Assembly (NCBI GenBank): GCA_035632695.1
Contig: DASQGG010000073.1
Location: forward strand, 1 to 24,000
From: Thermoplasmata archaeon
GTDB taxonomy: Archaea; Thermoplasmatota; Thermoplasmata; RBG-16-68-12
Length of the DNA stretch: 24,000 nucleotides
Direction of reading: 5' to 3'
The stretch's first letter is position 1. Each line of letters starts with the position of its first letter. Position numbers and translations under genes: made by a program. Positions 1 to 7,304 of the stretch are shown one piece after another. Below the pieces are notes generated by a model. The model was not told the origin of the DNA and ran no database searches. It worked only from the letters and a program-made list of their open reading frames with translations.

Positions 1-2
1 CG

Positions 3-716
3 GAGGACCGGCCCACGGTCATCGAGACCCCGCGATTCTTCCGATTCATGGCCGCGGCGCTCAACCCTCCGGGGCCTTTCGAGAAGGTCGCTAAGGAGGC
101 GCTCTACTACGTGACCCCGGTGGACCCCACGTGGCCTGCGGAACAGGCCGAAGAGTGGCTACGTACCCTCAACTACGCGCTCCTTCGGATGATCGCCGTC
201 CATGAGTGTTATCCGGGGCACTTCGTCCATTTCCTCCACGTTCGGTACAAGGTCGCGTCGCCTGTGCGCAAGTCCCACTTCTCCTTCGCGTTCACGGAGG
301 GCTGGGCCCACTACTGCGAGGAGATGATGATCCAAGAAGGTCTCGGAGACCGGGATCCACGGCTCCGGGTGGCCCAGCTTCAGGATGCGCTCCTGCGTGA
401 CTGCCGGTACATTTCGTCGATCCGGATGCACGTGTTCGGATGGTCGTGGGAGGAAGCCACGCGGTTCTTCATGGAGAACGCATTCCTCGAACACCTGCCC
501 GCGGAGCGCGAGGCGAAGCGCGGGACCTTCGACCCGGGATACCTGAACTACACGCTCGGCAAGCTCATGATCAAAAAGCTCCGCACGGACTGGATGGCCC
601 GACATACGGGCGCGAGTCTGCGGGAGTTCCACGATGCATTCCTCGGCCTCGGCGCGCCGCCCCTCGGCCTCGCCCGCGAGGCGCTCTTGGGGCCCGATGC
701 AGGACCCGCCCTCTAG
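3..716 (+). CDS. DUF885-family metallopeptidase-like protein, C-terminal part (5' end lies outside the window)
   Basis: The frame is open from base 3 (EDRPTVIETPRFFRF precedes the first Met at 48). It has an HECYPGH motif (HExxPGH type) and the aromatic-rich C-terminal region typical of DUF885. The stop is TAG at 714-716. Confidence 0.75.
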   Translation, partial: EDRPTVIETPRFFRFMAAALNPPGPFEKVAKEALYYVTPVDPTWPAEQAEEWLRTLNYALLRMIAVHECYPGHFVHFLHVRYKVASPVRKSHFSFAFTEGWAHYCEEMMIQEGLGDRDPRLRVAQLQDALLRDCRYISSIRMHVFGWSWEEATRFFMENAFLEHLPAEREAKRGTFDPGYLNYTLGKLMIKKLRTDWMARHTGASLREFHDAFLGLGAPPLGLAREALLGPDAGPAL

Positions 717-735
717 GAAGTTCAGCCCCCGGAGA

Positions 736-751
736 CTGCACGCAGGTGCAG
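736..751 (+). terminator. Short hairpin 20 nt after the DUF885 stop
   Basis: CTGCAC gcag GTGCAG forms a 6-bp perfect stem with a 4-nt loop. No oligo-T tract follows, so a terminator role is uncertain. Confidence 0.2.
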
Positions 752-820
752 CAGCTCCAGAACCCGTCGAGGAAGTCCGGCGGACAACTCACCGCGGAAA
801 TTTCGGCTCGCCTAGACATG

Positions 821-857
821 TTTAAGAGCTGGGATGCATACTGTGTCCGTGTATAAT
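821..857 (+). promoter_or_regulatory. TATA-like boxes upstream of the micro-ORF
   Basis: TTTAAGA (821-827) and GTATAAT (851-857) are AT-rich islands in GC-rich DNA. They lie 65 and 35 nt upstream of the ATG at 892. Confidence 0.3.
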
Positions 858-891
858 GGGGTCTGCCCCCAGGAGGAGTTAGACCCTGACC

Positions 892-936
892 ATGGCAAAG
901 AAGGCCGCGAAGAAAGCGAAGAAGGGCAAGCACTAA
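892..936 (+). CDS. Candidate 14-codon polybasic micro-ORF (MAKKAAKKAKKGKH)
   Basis: The ORF runs from ATG 892 to TAA 934-936. AGGAGG at 871-876 is displayed in the loop of a hairpin (859-864/881-886). A hairpin and a pyrimidine tract follow directly downstream. I recognise no homology. Confidence 0.25.
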   Translation: MAKKAAKKAKKGKH

Positions 937-942
937 GGGTGC

Positions 943-1003
943 GGCCCTCCTGACGTTGTGGAGGCCTATCAGTTCTTTCCTTTCTTTTCTTATCCCTTTT
1001 CCC
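943..1003 (+). terminator. GC hairpin plus 31-nt pyrimidine tract (intrinsic-terminator-like)
   Basis: GGCC(C)TCC at 943-950 pairs with GGAGGCC at 960-966 (7 bp, one bulged C, 9-nt loop). Bases 973-1003 (ttctttcctttcttttcttatcccttttccc) contain a single purine. Archaeal termination uses oligo-T tracts. Confidence 0.35.
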
Positions 1004-1020
1004 GCTCGGCGGGAACACGC

Positions 1021-1033
1021 GAAACCTTGATGA
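1021..1033 (+). promoter_or_regulatory. Putative BRE/TATA for the propeller gene
   Basis: GAAACCTTGATGA resembles the recurrent AAsCyTTAT motif seen elsewhere in this window. It lies about 45 nt upstream of TTG 1073, with AGGAGGG (1059-1065) as a Shine-Dalgarno site 7 nt before the start. Confidence 0.3.
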
Positions 1034-1072
1034 CTTCGCCGGCCCATCGCGTGCCCTCAGGAGGGTGCTTCC

Positions 1073-2236
1073 TTGGATCTGCCAGGCTCGGGCCGACGGG
1101 AGCGATGTGCGCTGTGGGCGTGTATCCTGGCGTGCGCGATCGTCGTGGCCGTGATCTCGCCAATCGTCGCCCGCGGCGACCGTCCCGGTACGGCCTCCTC
1201 TGCCATGGACTGGTCCGTCGTCGGTCCGCGCCTCCTGGTCCTCCCGGTGGGTCCCCCGGGCTCCTTGGACGCCGCCCAGGTCTCCCAGCCGGCGGTGGTC
1301 CGCGCGCTCAACGGATCCTACCTCATGTACTACACCGGCTCCGATGGCTCCCGTAACCGAATCTTGGCGGCCCACTCTCGTAACGGCATCGCCTGGACGA
1401 AGCTTGGGGGCAGCCTCTTCCTGAACGACGGAAGCGGCTCTCCGTTCCTGCTGTTGATTGCGGGTACGTACCACCTGTGGTTCGAGTCGGTCGTGTGGGG
1501 CGTGGGTCCCCTGGGCTACACGGATCGGATCTTCCACGCCACCTCGACCGACGGGGTCACGTGGAGCACACCTGCACTTGCCCTCGACGTGGGGAACGTA
1601 TCCGACTGGGACGGAGGGTCTGTCGGAGACCCTTCCGTTGCGCCGGGTGCTCCCGGAGATTACCGGATGTACTACACGATGTACGCCGCGAATCACACGG
1701 CCGCCATAGGCGTCGCGACCTCCACGGATCTCGTGACGTTCACAAAGTGGGCGGGCAACCCTGTCTTCCGGCCCGGCCCATCGGGCAGCTGGGACGATTA
1801 CACGGTGGCGAACCCGTCCGTCGTTCCGGGTTCCCCATGGACCCTGTTCTATGGAGGGCGCAGATCCTTCACGCGAGGTCAAATCGGCCTCGCGACCTCC
1901 CTGGATGGGTACACGTGGACCCGTGGCAGCGCGCCGCTCCTCGGATACGACCCACCCGGGACCTGGGACAGTGCGGGCGTAGGCGACCCGGAGTTCGTGG
2001 AGGGGGCTCCGCCGCATCTCTACTTCGATGGGGCGAGTGGGACCGGGGCAAGCGAGATCGGCATGGTCAACGTGACGAGCGCCAGCTCGAGCGGCGCGAC
2101 GGAAGGCACCGTCCTCGGCATTCCCGTCCTGGCGTTCGTCCTCCTCGTTCTCGTCGCGGGCATTGGGGTGGCGACGGTCCTCGCTGTCCTGCTCGTGCTC
2201 CGGAGCGGTTCCCGCCGTCCGCCGGAAAGCGGATAG
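1073..2236 (+). CDS. Membrane-anchored extracellular beta-propeller protein with Asp-box (BNR-like) repeats, related to glycosidases of the GH43/GH32/GH130 type
   Basis: The TTG start has a strong SD. There is an N-terminal hydrophobic signal or anchor (ALWACILACAIVVAVISPIV). Four SxDGxxW-like motifs are present (SRNGIAWT, STDGVTWS, STDLVTFT, SLDGYTWT), each followed by a W/Y-rich blade. A Ser-rich linker and a C-terminal TM (VLGIPVLAFVLLVLVAGIGVATVLAVLLVL) are followed by basic residues. There are four N-x-S/T sequons. Confidence 0.7.
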   Translation: MDLPGSGRRERCALWACILACAIVVAVISPIVARGDRPGTASSAMDWSVVGPRLLVLPVGPPGSLDAAQVSQPAVVRALNGSYLMYYTGSDGSRNRILAAHSRNGIAWTKLGGSLFLNDGSGSPFLLLIAGTYHLWFESVVWGVGPLGYTDRIFHATSTDGVTWSTPALALDVGNVSDWDGGSVGDPSVAPGAPGDYRMYYTMYAANHTAAIGVATSTDLVTFTKWAGNPVFRPGPSGSWDDYTVANPSVVPGSPWTLFYGGRRSFTRGQIGLATSLDGYTWTRGSAPLLGYDPPGTWDSAGVGDPEFVEGAPPHLYFDGASGTGASEIGMVNVTSASSSGATEGTVLGIPVLAFVLLVLVAGIGVATVLAVLLVLRSGSRRPPESG

Positions 2237-2249
2237 GCTACGTTTCCGG
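2222..2249. terminator. Hairpin enclosing both stop codons of a convergent gene pair
   Basis: CCGGAAA (2222-2228) pairs with TTTCCGG (2243-2249). The 14-nt loop contains TAG (2234-2236, + gene) and CTA (2238-2240, gatE stop). Confidence 0.3.
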
Positions 2250-4109
2250 GTTCTTGGCGAGCCGGTCCGCGAGCCTACTCCGGAGGACTTGGCTGACGAT
2301 CTGGCCGTCCGCTCGACCGCGCACCCGATCCATGACGCGTCCCATGAGGCCCTTCTCCGCGGCGCCGCCGCGCAATCGGATCAGGTCTGCCGAGGCGTCG
2401 AGGACTTCGTCCACGATGGCCACGAGCTCCTCGCGGTTCAAACCACGAACTCCGGTCGCCAGAAGGGCATCCGACGCGCGGGCGCCACTCTCCGCCATCT
2501 GCCGCAGCAACTCCGGAATCGCCTCCTTCGCGAAGCGCCCCGCCTTCAGGAGCGAGAAGAGCTCACGCAGGTGGTCCTCCGGGATTCCGTCCACGTCGAG
2601 ACCCTCCCGCCGCAACTCCGAGTAGTGGTAGAGGAGGACCGTGGCTACCAGGGTGGTCTCCCCGAACTCCCGGGCGATCGTCTCGAAGAGATCGTCGCTC
2701 CCCTCCTGGACCAGCTGCCGCGCCTGCTGTTCGTGGATCCGGTACTCCCGAACCAGGCGGGGCACCTTCGCCTCGGGCCGCTCGGGCAGGTGCTCCCGAA
2801 TCCGCTTCAGGCGGTCCTCGTGGACGCGCAGAGGCGGGACATCCGTCTCCGGATACATGCGGGCCTTCCCCGGGAGCGGGCGGCTGTAGACCGTGCTCCC
2901 ATCGGGTCGGGGATCGCGGGTCTCTTCGGGGACGCCCTTCACCGCGTACGCGGCCCGGGGATGCATCTCCTCGATCGCATGGAGACACTTCGCCTCCTCG
3001 TCCGCGACGAGGACGAAGGCGTCGCGGTCGCCCAAGTTCAGGGCGCGGCGGACCGCGTCCACCTCGCCCTGCGTGATCCCGTACGCGGGCAGCTCGTCGG
3101 AATGGAAGATGCCGCCCACACCGGCGACTCGGGCGTGTGCCGCGAGCTCGGGGCCCAGCTTTCCCTTGAGGAGACCCGCGAACCCGGGGAGGGGCCATGC
3201 CAGGACCCTCCCTCCCTTCTTCAGGGCTCCCTGGACGACCTTGGAGGGGGACGCAGTGAACGTTGCGGTCAGGTCGATGCCGTCCTGAGACACGGCCCCG
3301 CCCCCGCGCGCCGCGAGTTCCCGGGCCACGTCGATCAGCATGAGCTGCCGCTCGACCTCCTTCTCGACGAACGTCTCGATGAGCCGCACTTCCTGGACGC
3401 CCTTGACCTCGATGCGGGCTCCTCCCCGGATGGAGATGTTCACGTCCTCGCGGATCGTCCCGATGCCCCGGATGACCTTGCGCGTCGCGCGCAGGAGCGA
3501 GCCAATCGCGAGGGCCACCTCCCGCGCCTCCCCCGGGGACGCGATGTCCGGCGTTGTGGAGACCTCTGCGAGCGGGATGCCGAGCCGGTCGAGGCGGTAG
3601 AAGATCTCGCCGACCTTCTCCCCCACCTTGCGGGCGGCGTCCTCCTCCAGAAGGATCGTAGGGATTCCGATGCGCTTCCCGTTCACCTGGATCGACCCAT
3701 CCAGGCCGACGAGGGCCGAGCGCTGGAAGCCCGCGGTGTTGGACCCGTCGATCACGATCTTCCGCATGAAGTCGACCTCCCGCACGGGCGTCGCTCCCAG
3801 GAGGAGGGCAATTTCCAGGACGATCTCCAGCGCCTCCTCGTTCGGGGGGTGAGGCGGTTCCTCGTCCGCCTCGACGAGGCACGAGTTCGACGTCGCCTCG
3901 TAGACGAACGTCAGGTGGCGACGTGCCTCCTCGATGGCCGCCGCGTCCACCTCGCCGAGTTCGCTCTGCGTGGGCCGAAGGCGGCGCTGGAAGCGGATGC
4001 CGCCGTCCTCCTCGGAGAGGCGGGAGGCGCAGTCGCAGAAGAGCTTGTGGGTCAGGAGCTGCTGGTGGATCTCGAGGCCCACCTTGAGCCCTAGGGCGCG
4101 GTAGTCCAT
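2238..4109 (-). CDS. gatE: Glutamyl-tRNA(Gln) amidotransferase subunit E
   Basis: The N-terminus MDYRALGLKVGLEIHQQL is the GatE/GatB signature. The full length is about 623 aa with the insertion domain and a YqeY-like tail. I prefer ATG 4109 over ATG 4163 because GatE proteins start a few residues before GLKxGLEIH and a TATA-like box lies at 4131-4146. Confidence 0.93.
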   Translation of the reverse strand: MDYRALGLKVGLEIHQQLLTHKLFCDCASRLSEEDGGIRFQRRLRPTQSELGEVDAAAIEEARRHLTFVYEATSNSCLVEADEEPPHPPNEEALEIVLEIALLLGATPVREVDFMRKIVIDGSNTAGFQRSALVGLDGSIQVNGKRIGIPTILLEEDAARKVGEKVGEIFYRLDRLGIPLAEVSTTPDIASPGEAREVALAIGSLLRATRKVIRGIGTIREDVNISIRGGARIEVKGVQEVRLIETFVEKEVERQLMLIDVARELAARGGGAVSQDGIDLTATFTASPSKVVQGALKKGGRVLAWPLPGFAGLLKGKLGPELAAHARVAGVGGIFHSDELPAYGITQGEVDAVRRALNLGDRDAFVLVADEEAKCLHAIEEMHPRAAYAVKGVPEETRDPRPDGSTVYSRPLPGKARMYPETDVPPLRVHEDRLKRIREHLPERPEAKVPRLVREYRIHEQQARQLVQEGSDDLFETIAREFGETTLVATVLLYHYSELRREGLDVDGIPEDHLRELFSLLKAGRFAKEAIPELLRQMAESGARASDALLATGVRGLNREELVAIVDEVLDASADLIRLRGGAAEKGLMGRVMDRVRGRADGQIVSQVLRSRLADRLAKNPET

Positions 4110-4130
4110 CCGCGGCGGAAAGGCCGGGGG

Positions 4131-4146
4131 GTTCGAATAAGGCTTT
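4131..4146 (-). promoter_or_regulatory. Putative TATA/BRE for gatE
   Basis: The minus strand reads AAAGCCTTATTCGAAC, centred about 30 nt upstream of ATG 4109. This implies a leaderless or very short leader mRNA. Confidence 0.4.
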
Positions 4147-4167
4147 CGCGGCCCGCGCCGCACGCGG

Positions 4168-4572
4168 TCAGTCGCCGCGCTTCGGGCTCTCCGCCGGACC
4201 GCGCTCCAGTTTCGCCTCGAGTTCCTCGATCCGCGCCGCCGCGGCCTTGAGCTCGCCCCACAGGATGTGGTGCCTGCGGGCCGCCCGGTACTCCCGCAAC
4301 GCCTCGGGGTCCGCGGGCTCCGCCTCGCCGTCCGTGGACAGGACGTTCTTCACGTAGAAGTCGCGGTCCAGTTCGGGGAGCGCGGAGATTCGGCGCATCA
4401 GGTGGGCCGGATAGTCGGGCTTCAGGGTCGAGGCGGAGCGGAGCGCCATCATGATCGCATACTCCGCGCAGCAGTTCATGTCGGCCGCAGGCGGTTTGTG
4501 CTCCTCGTGGGCCTTCCGATGCGTCTCCACGAGCAGGTCCCACACTTGGTCGTACTCTTCCGGGACGGGCAT
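4168..4572 (-). CDS. Hypothetical protein (134 aa) with a C-terminal coiled-coil segment
   Basis: The ORF has coding-like composition. ATG 4572 (MPVPEEYDQVWDLL...) is preferred over the TTG at 4611. I recognise no family. Confidence 0.55.
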   Translation of the reverse strand: MPVPEEYDQVWDLLVETHRKAHEEHKPPAADMNCCAEYAIMMALRSASTLKPDYPAHLMRRISALPELDRDFYVKNVLSTDGEAEPADPEALREYRAARRHHILWGELKAAAARIEELEAKLERGPAESPKRGD

Positions 4573-4626
4573 GGCTCTCGCCGCTCGAGAGAATCGCGGG
4601 GGACGTATCAAGCTGCGTGGAAACGT

Positions 4627-5100
4627 TCAGGTTTGCCGCCGACGGTCCTCGGGGCGGTAGGGCGATTCCAGGGTGCCTTCCTCCCGCATCTCCCGGTGCT
4701 CCTTCTCCTTCTTGAGCCAGGCCAGGAGCCGGGAGGCGGCCCCGAAGGGCCGGAACTCGAAGATGACCTTGCCGTGCTCCGCATCCTCCGCGTGGAGGAG
4801 CACGCGTCGCTTCTTGTGGACCACGTCCGTGGCCTCGTCGAAGGGGATCTCGTGGTATCGCTTCCCCTTCGTTCCGCCGGGCAGGTCCATCCACGCGTCA
4901 TCCAGCAGGAGGATCCGCTGGCGGGTCTGCCACGCCCACCCGTGCCGCTTTTCGACGAGGGGCCGCTTCGCGAAGAGGGTTCCTTTGTAGATCTCGTAGC
5001 TCAGTGCGCGGAAGCCGATGACCTGATCCTTCCCGGTGAGGACGGGCTCGTTGGCCGCCGTCAGGACCACCCCGACCTCGCCCACCTGGTCGATCTTCAT
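4627..5100 (-). CDS. Hypothetical protein (157 aa), beta-rich with a C-terminal amphipathic helix and a charged tail (possibly a PH-like fold)
   Basis: The ORF starts at ATG 5100 (MKIDQVGEVGVV...). The pattern of short strands followed by the helix AASRLLAWLKKEKEH is the only basis for the fold guess. I recognise no family. Confidence 0.55.
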   Translation of the reverse strand: MKIDQVGEVGVVLTAANEPVLTGKDQVIGFRALSYEIYKGTLFAKRPLVEKRHGWAWQTRQRILLLDDAWMDLPGGTKGKRYHEIPFDEATDVVHKKRRVLLHAEDAEHGKVIFEFRPFGAASRLLAWLKKEKEHREMREEGTLESPYRPEDRRRQT

Positions 5101-5130
5101 CCTGCCCGCGTCGCGTCAACCCCTGGCCGC

Positions 5131-5144
5131 GCATAAGCTTAACG
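5131..5144 (-). promoter_or_regulatory. Putative TATA for the 157-aa gene
   Basis: The minus strand reads CGTTAAGCTTATGC, centred about 35 nt upstream of ATG 5100. Confidence 0.35.
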
Positions 5145-5254
5145 AGCGGCGGTGGGGTTGCTGGGCGTGCTGGGGGCATTCCCCATTGTGTTACCGCCGC
5201 CGACCGCTTCGAAGTGGGATAAGGCCGCCTGCGGTGACCGAGAGGGCCGTCCGG

Positions 5255-6559
5255 CTACTCGGAGAACTCGTCCAGCCCGATCCTCGGGTTAATCTCCCCC
5301 GCCACGTTCGTCGCCATGGCCTTCGCCACGTCCGCGGGGTCCTTCGTGTGCCCGAGGACCCACATGAGCTTGACGTAGGCCACCTCAGGGAGGATGTCCT
5401 CGCCGCTGATCACACCCGCCTTGATTAGGTCGCGCCCGGTGTCGTACACGCGCATGGACACCCGGCCCTGGAGGGTCTGGGTCGTCATCACGACGGGGAT
5501 GCCGTCCCGCGTCGCGCGGTGGATGGCCGGCAAGAGGTCGTGCGACACATGCCCCAGCCCCGTCCCCGCGAGGACGACCCCGTGGGATGCCTTCAGACAG
5601 TTCTCGAGGACCGCGGTCTTCATCCCCGGATAGAAGTGGACGAGCGCAACGTCGAGGTCGAGCTTGCTGTCCACGGTCACGGGCCCTTTGGCCCGCGGCT
5701 GGACGGGCTCCGTGATGTCGACGGGGCCCTCCGGGCGGACCGTGCCCAGGGGGGTCGCGTTCATGGAGCGGAAGGCGTCCCGCCGCGACGCATGCATCTT
5801 CCGCACCTTGGTGCCTCGGTGGATCCAGTCGAACGAGTCGGACGTCTCCGCGTGCATCACGCCGACGACCTCGCCGAACGCCGCGGTCGCTACCCGCGCC
5901 CCGCACAGGAGGTTGGACGCCGCGTCGGAGGACGGCCGGTCCGAGGAGCGCTGGGAGCCGACGACGACCACGGGGCCGGTCAGGTCCCGGAGCATGAAGG
6001 CGAGGGCCGCCGCCGTGAAGTGGAGCGTGTCCGTGCCGTGGGGGATCAGGATGCCCGCCGCACCCGCGTTCAGCTCCTTCGCGGTCTCCTCGGCCAGGTG
6101 CTGCCAGTTCTCGGGCTTCAGGTCCTCGCTGTAGATGCTGTAGATCACGCGCGCCTTGACGTTGCAGACGTCGAGGAGTTCCGGCACCGAGAAGACGAGT
6201 TCCTCCGCCGTGACGGCCGGGTGGACGGCGCCGGTCCGATAGTCCACGTAGGAGGCGATCGTGCCGCCCGTCCCCAGGACCGCGACGGTCGGCTTCGCCG
6301 CCGAGGCGGGCGGCAGGCGCCGTTCCACCTCGTGGGGTGCGTGCTTCGCGATGACCTCGACGGCTTCGACGTCCTCCGCCGCGATCCCGATGTTGTAGCC
6401 GCTGCCGAGCTTCAGGGTGAGGATGTCCTCGCCGCTGAACGAGGTGTGGGGCATGAGGACGCCCTCGTACGATTCGCGCCGCGCCCCAACGCGGACCGTG
6501 TCCCCTTGGTCCGCCTTCGCTCGGTCCAGGAGGGCGCGGATGCGCGGGGGATACTCCAT
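5255..6559 (-). CDS. gatD: Glutamyl-tRNA(Gln) amidotransferase subunit D (asparaginase-like)
   Basis: The 434-aa protein has the N-terminal GatD-specific domain followed by the asparaginase motifs TGGTIAS and HGTDT. Confidence 0.93.
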   Translation of the reverse strand: MEYPPRIRALLDRAKADQGDTVRVGARRESYEGVLMPHTSFSGEDILTLKLGSGYNIGIAAEDVEAVEVIAKHAPHEVERRLPPASAAKPTVAVLGTGGTIASYVDYRTGAVHPAVTAEELVFSVPELLDVCNVKARVIYSIYSEDLKPENWQHLAEETAKELNAGAAGILIPHGTDTLHFTAAALAFMLRDLTGPVVVVGSQRSSDRPSSDAASNLLCGARVATAAFGEVVGVMHAETSDSFDWIHRGTKVRKMHASRRDAFRSMNATPLGTVRPEGPVDITEPVQPRAKGPVTVDSKLDLDVALVHFYPGMKTAVLENCLKASHGVVLAGTGLGHVSHDLLPAIHRATRDGIPVVMTTQTLQGRVSMRVYDTGRDLIKAGVISGEDILPEVAYVKLMWVLGHTKDPADVAKAMATNVAGEINPRIGLDEFSE

Positions 6560-6577
6560 CGGAGCAGGAACGGGCTC

Positions 6578-6591
6578 ACCCGATAAGGGTT
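6578..6591. promoter_or_regulatory. Shared AT-rich box between divergent gatD and UPF0248 genes
   Basis: ACCCGATAAGGGTT reads AACCCTTATCGGGT on the minus strand, about 26 nt (centre) upstream of the gatD ATG at 6559. It lies about 33 nt upstream of ATG 6619 on the plus strand. An identical 14-mer recurs at 12998-13011. Confidence 0.45.
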
Positions 6592-6618
6592 TTGGGGAGG
6601 TGTCGCGTTCCCGCCTCC

Positions 6619-6864
6619 ATGGCGCCGACGGCCCGCGAGGTCCTCAACGAGCTGCGTTGGCGCTCTCCCGATCGTCTCGGGGAAGCGGTCCTCTGGTACC
6701 GGGATCGCATGCGGCCCGAGGGCGCGCGGGTCATCCGCGGCTCCGACATCGTGGACCTCGAGCGCAGGTACTTCACCACGGCGAGCGAGGGGCGCCTCCC
6801 CTACTACAAGATCGAGCGGATCGAGGTCGCGGGCCGGGCGATCTTCGTCCGACCGGCGCGATGA
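6619..6864 (+). CDS. UPF0248/DUF504 family small protein (MJ1316-like domain)
   Basis: The sequence REVLNELRWRSPD...VLWYRDR...IPxxxI-like core (RLPYYKIERIEVAGRAIFVR) matches the roughly 80-aa archaeal UPF0248 pattern. ATG 6619 is preferred over the TTG at 6592. Confidence 0.7.
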   Translation: MAPTAREVLNELRWRSPDRLGEAVLWYRDRMRPEGARVIRGSDIVDLERRYFTTASEGRLPYYKIERIEVAGRAIFVRPAR

Positions 6865-6875
6865 GCGGGGCGCCC

Positions 6876-7304
6876 TCAGGTCTTCGCCTTGACGCTCCCC
6901 GTGAGCACGCCCTGCTGCTGGAACCAGGTCACCAGGAGGTTGTGGAGCTCCTCGAACTGCTTCTTCACGCGATGGGCCCCGATCATCCCACCCGCCCAGC
7001 CCGAGTTCGCTTGGTACAGGCGGAGGACCGCGCTGTCCGGGCCCGGGTAGATCTCGAAGTCAACCGCGTAGTACTGCGCGAGCGCGCCGAGGGCGAGGTT
7101 CATCCCCCGGCTGCCTTTCTCCGCCTTCCCTTTCAAGGCGCCCGCCCACGACACGGCGAACCGGTTCGCGACGAAGGCGCCCTGCACGAGCTGTTGGACG
7201 TTCTGGACGGAACCGCGGACCGCGATATCGGCGTAGTTGGTCAAGACATCCCTCGGGGTCGGAGCCCCGGAGCGGCATTTGAAACTTTCGCGATTTCGAA
7301 TCAA
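6876..7304 (-). CDS. Hypothetical protein (up to 142 aa)
   Basis: The ORF has coding-like composition. The only in-frame starts near the 5' end are TTG 7304 (inside a 24-bp palindrome) and TTG 7244, so the start is uncertain. I recognise no family. Confidence 0.5.
   Translation of the reverse strand: MIRNRESFKCRSGAPTPRDVLTNYADIAVRGSVQNVQQLVQGAFVANRFAVSWAGALKGKAEKGSRGMNLALGALAQYYAVDFEIYPGPDSAVLRLYQANSGWAGGMIGAHRVKKQFEELHNLLVTWFQQQGVLTGSVKAKT

Noticed and set aside
1025-1034. TTGATGA as a possible C box of a C/D box sRNA.
   Set aside because: There is no CTGA D box at an appropriate distance and no terminal stem. The purine expected before TGATGA is absent.
812-2017. A 401-aa minus-strand ORF opposite the propeller gene.
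   Set aside because: This is a shadow ORF with an Arg/Gly/Pro-rich nonsense composition. The plus-strand frame has clear domain repeats, a signal sequence and an SD site.
2163-4094. A 643-aa ORF on the plus strand that covers almost all of gatE.
   Set aside because: It lies antisense to a confidently identified gene. Its translation is low-complexity and rich in R, L, D and G, with no recognisable motifs. It is the classic stop-free shadow frame of high-GC, GC3-biased coding DNA.
4126-4142. GGGGGGTTCGAATAAGG, which resembles a tRNA T-loop.
   Set aside because: The flanking 5-mers are not complementary. The AT-rich part is better explained as the gatE TATA box.
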